47,239 nucleotides of DNA from the IMG/VR virus record IMGVR_UViG_3300045988_137371; one strand, 5' to 3'. The number at the start of each line of letters is the position of its first letter. Position 1 is the stretch's first letter. Below the pieces are notes generated by a model. The model had not been told where the DNA came from. It did not search any database and saw nothing but the letters and a program-made list of their open reading frames with translations. The position numbers were made by a program, and so were the translations under genes. Shown here one piece after another: positions 44,807 to 47,239 of the stretch. The stretch is from a virus.

Positions 44807-44837
44807 CAAATGTATAAGTTTTTTTTATACCTCCAAA
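44807..44837 (-). promoter_or_regulatory. Bacteroidota-type promoter (TTTG-N19-TAcaTTTG)
   Basis: Canonical. It is nearly identical over ~45 nt to 5003..5048. Confidence 0.7.
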
Positions 44838-44854
44838 GATATTAAAGAAAAATT

Positions 44855-45397
44855 TTACATAAGGCCGAAATTATTTTTAGGCTCGATTATGTTTCTGTTT
44901 ATATAATCCTTTTCATTAGCTAGTAAAACACGCCCGCAATGAAGTATTAACAGAGCGTCCGCATTCCATAATGTAGCGTTGACTAGCGGGTAAAATCCTT
45001 GTGCGGCCTCTTTATATCGGTTTTTCCTTTGTGTATCCGTTTCCTTATCCTTTATTACTAAGTGTAATCTTCGCTGCCAAACAGATGGATGTATAAGAAC
45101 GTAGGGCATTCGATATTCATCTATGAGGTTTTGTAGTGTTTGATACGAGTTTAGAAAACGTTGTATTCGTATAGCCTTGCCAAACTGCAAATCATCCGGC
45201 CTTATAGTCTGTCGTTCAAGCAATACGATAGGATATTTACACGTATCTTTTAAATGCTGGAAAAAAGGCCTCAAACCTCGAAGGTCTTTAGGCATTTTAA
45301 GGTTGTAGCATATCTCATTATGCTTGAATACGACAATACCACCGTTGGAACCGGGATCGATCGCTATTATGCAATCTATTTTCTTTATATCTATCAT
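44855..45397 (-). CDS. RuvC-like Holliday junction resolvase
   Basis: N-terminal IIAIDPGSNGGIVVF, a later LLERQ, and ADALLILH (RNase H-fold catalytic acidic residues). Confidence 0.65.
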   Translation of the reverse strand: MIDIKKIDCIIAIDPGSNGGIVVFKHNEICYNLKMPKDLRGLRPFFQHLKDTCKYPIVLLERQTIRPDDLQFGKAIRIQRFLNSYQTLQNLIDEYRMPYVLIHPSVWQRRLHLVIKDKETDTQRKNRYKEAAQGFYPLVNATLWNADALLILHCGRVLLANEKDYINRNIIEPKNNFGLM

Positions 45398-46251
45398 AAC
45401 TTTAAATAGTTTTTAATCTGTAACTCATTGACAATTATGTAATCGAAAGCGTCTTTAAGTATCTTCTTATGGGCTATTAGCCTAGCTTCTTCTTCCACGA
45501 AATCATGCTTAACACCTTTCAATCTAATAGTTTCAGCCACAAATGGTGTAAATGCGCCCCTAGCGGCCTTATACAGCAAATGATTTGCCGCAGACTTGCG
45601 ATCATCATCCGTTATTATGACATCATTAACGAGGCCATATTTCCCCAGTTCCTCAATATAGGGAATGATGTTAGCTTCCATGATCTCGAAACGCCCATGA
45701 TACTTGTACAGCATAAACCGTCTATGTAAGTTCACTAGGAAAAGCCGTCTAAGATGCTTCTTGTTGATCCTGTAATCAGATTTCCCTACCGTTATGGCAT
45801 AATATACCACGTCATTAGATCGCCTCTTATACGCATTTAAAATGCGAGACATGTAATCGATCGAGAATGTACCAAAATGTTTTCTATCTGCCGATTCTGG
45901 CAAGAACTTGTCAAGTTCGCCGATTAACAGCAATTCGAAGGCCAATTTGATTTCCGACAATGCCATTGTTGCGTAGTAATTGACAACGAAACGATATAAG
46001 GCGGCAATATCATATTGCTCTATCTGTTTTATGCCTACGTCCTTCGCTATACTGTTAATCAATACGGCAAACATTTGCTTTCTTGATTCCTCTGGTATGC
46101 TATCTATCTTCGTCTCCATCTTAGCCCGTAGGATATTCTTATCCGGCATACTCAACGAGTTGAAATATTTCCGGTTCATTTCGAGATTCCTTCGTAGCTC
46201 GATCGAGTTCGATGATCTTAACTGAATTTCGTTGCTAGATATTGACTCCAT
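45394..46251 (-). CDS. Hypothetical replication-module protein
   Basis: 285-aa ORF coupled to the initiator gene. Confidence 0.6.
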   Translation of the reverse strand: MESISSNEIQLRSSNSIELRRNLEMNRKYFNSLSMPDKNILRAKMETKIDSIPEESRKQMFAVLINSIAKDVGIKQIEQYDIAALYRFVVNYYATMALSEIKLAFELLLIGELDKFLPESADRKHFGTFSIDYMSRILNAYKRRSNDVVYYAITVGKSDYRINKKHLRRLFLVNLHRRFMLYKYHGRFEIMEANIIPYIEELGKYGLVNDVIITDDDRKSAANHLLYKAARGAFTPFVAETIRLKGVKHDFVEEEARLIAHKKILKDAFDYIIVNELQIKNYLKL

Positions 46252-47161
46252 ACGTTTCGCAATTTTTTAGGTAAAGTTCATAATCTTCCTTGCTCATGCC
46301 TAGTGGATAACTTCCATCTACTTTGATATCTTTGTTTTTAGCCTCCCACGCCTTAAATTTATTGGGCGTTGAATCGTACTCTAAAGCCCCCCAATCTTTG
46401 TTTAACGACTCATCCGCTAGCTCCAAGGCAAATTCAACCGGGTACTTAGCTATTGATTTTAAACTGTTTTGTATCGCCATAAAACTTCGTTTTCTCCATT
46501 TAGGTTGCAAGCACAAAATAAAGAATTTCTTTTTAAATTCCTCATTTTCATAGGGGAAAACTAAATCATCAAATAGTGAATCAACCTTGTTTATGACCGA
46601 TTGTTTCATTTTCAGTGTCTTTTCGCTAAATCCGTGCTTTTTTGAGAATTTAGGTTTATTCTCTATCTCTGGCTCCGGCTCATCAAAAGAAAGCTGGCTT
46701 TCTTTTTGCTTATTTGACTCTTTAGAGTTAAATAAGTTTTCTTTATTAATATCTTCTTCTCTTATATAATACTTAGTCGGATTTAAATCCGTGTTTTCAT
46801 CCGTGTTTTTCGGATTTAAATCCGTAGAGCGTTTTTCACACTCAAATTCGGAACCCCATTCTTTTAACGGATCGCAAAGCTGGATATAGACATGCGAGTT
46901 GAATTTAGACAAATGGATCAAACCTTTTTTCTCTAAAGACTTATACAACCTTTGTATGGTATCTTTCTTTTCCGTGCAAATGGAACAATTCTCGATTGCT
47001 GAGCTATAATCACACTGATACCAAACTTGGCCTTCGATGATGAGGTTTGAGGCCCATGAAGGGATTCCAAACATAAATGAGGCCAATAGACTTTCTGTAG
47101 GTGTTAAATCGTAGTAAGACGAACGTAACATATCTACAATGAGATACAATCTTTTTTTCAT
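46235..47161 (-). CDS. Winged-helix DNA-binding protein, a probable replication initiator/organiser
   Basis: wHTH-like segment SAIENCSICTEKKDTIQRLYKSLEKKGLIHL. It is the first gene of the module and has an iteron cluster inside its linker region. Confidence 0.5.
   Translation of the reverse strand: MKKRLYLIVDMLRSSYYDLTPTESLLASFMFGIPSWASNLIIEGQVWYQCDYSSAIENCSICTEKKDTIQRLYKSLEKKGLIHLSKFNSHVYIQLCDPLKEWGSEFECEKRSTDLNPKNTDENTDLNPTKYYIREEDINKENLFNSKESNKQKESQLSFDEPEPEIENKPKFSKKHGFSEKTLKMKQSVINKVDSLFDDLVFPYENEEFKKKFFILCLQPKWRKRSFMAIQNSLKSIAKYPVEFALELADESLNKDWGALEYDSTPNKFKAWEAKNKDIKVDGSYPLGMSKEDYELYLKNCETYGVNI
46777..46825. repeat. Two copies of the 16-bp TCGGATTTAAATCCGT (14-bp perfect palindrome core), 33 bp apart, with CCGTGTTTT direct repeats between them
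   Basis: Read directly from the sequence: copies at 46777..46792 and 46810..46825. They encode the peptide repeat NTDLNP. Confidence 0.85.
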
Positions 47162-47184
47162 GATCTAAAAAAGAAAGGGGAGAA

Positions 47185-47239
47185 GATAAGCTACCACCCT
47201 TATCTAATCCCCTTAGCTAATAAATTAGCGAATATCTTA
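47185..47239. repeat. Second copy of the 55-bp terminal overlap
   Basis: Identical to 1..55. Confidence 0.95.

Noticed and set aside
1-47239. Genome-wide stop-codon reassignment (TAG or TGA recoding), as reported for some gut phages.
   Set aside because: Standard-code ORFs tile the genome without gaps. TAA, TGA and TAG all end well-packed genes. Two TAG stops are followed at once by TAA. Only the TAG at 345 has a long in-frame continuation.
1-47239. A lysogeny module or mobile element (integrase, excisionase, att sites, transposase).
   Set aside because: No tyrosine or serine recombinase or transposase motifs were recognised in any ORF. The possible RDF-like protein (1854..2519) has no partner integrase. 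The 55-bp repeat is a terminal overlap rather than att-type flanks.
1-47239. A CRISPR array or other regularly spaced repeat array.
   Set aside because: I saw no series of three or more evenly spaced direct repeats. The repeats that exist are promoter duplicates, the iteron pair and the protein-coding fibre repeats.

Overview
The window is a complete, circularly closed tailed-phage genome. The first 55 bp are identical to the last 55 bp, so the unique length is about 47,184 bp. All credible genes lie on the minus strand and are tightly packed. No tRNA, rRNA, CRISPR array, integrase, reverse transcriptase or DNA polymerase was recognised. A Bacteroidota host is inferred from six near-perfect host-type promoters (TTTG-N18/19-TAnnTTTG).

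Reading the minus strand from high to low coordinates, the modules are:
- 47161->36906: replication/recombination. This holds a wHTH initiator with embedded iterons, a RuvC-like resolvase, an SMC-like ATPase, a DnaQ exonuclease, an HNH nuclease, an ASCH protein and many small ORFs.
- 36684->33100: packaging. terS and terL are followed by an odd 378-bp ORF-free stretch and two inserted genes before the portal.
- 33158->26788: head (portal, scaffold, major capsid, connectors).
- 25693->9954: tail. This holds a tape measure protein, a 712-aa tail protein, a 2038-aa fibre with an S74 chaperone domain, and two paralogous receptor-binding-type proteins.
- 9896->6824: an accessory stretch bounded by terminators.
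- 6787->5252: lysis (holin, amidase, membrane-anchored protein).
- 4994->141: a second early-like block (small ORFs plus an XRE HTH, a PD-(D/E)XK exonuclease and Cys-rich proteins).

The most unusual observations are:
- a G9 tract that splits a small ORF wedged between the two receptor-binding paralogs;
- tandem promoter->terminator units, with no ORF, downstream of terL (candidate small RNAs);
- intrinsic terminators placed directly in front of terS and the holin with no intervening promoter, which suggests antitermination control;
- a palindromic iteron pair inside the initiator gene (candidate ori);
- a 67-codon open frame that continues in-frame past a TAG stop.

All functional calls rest on motifs read by eye and on gene order. 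No database search was possible.
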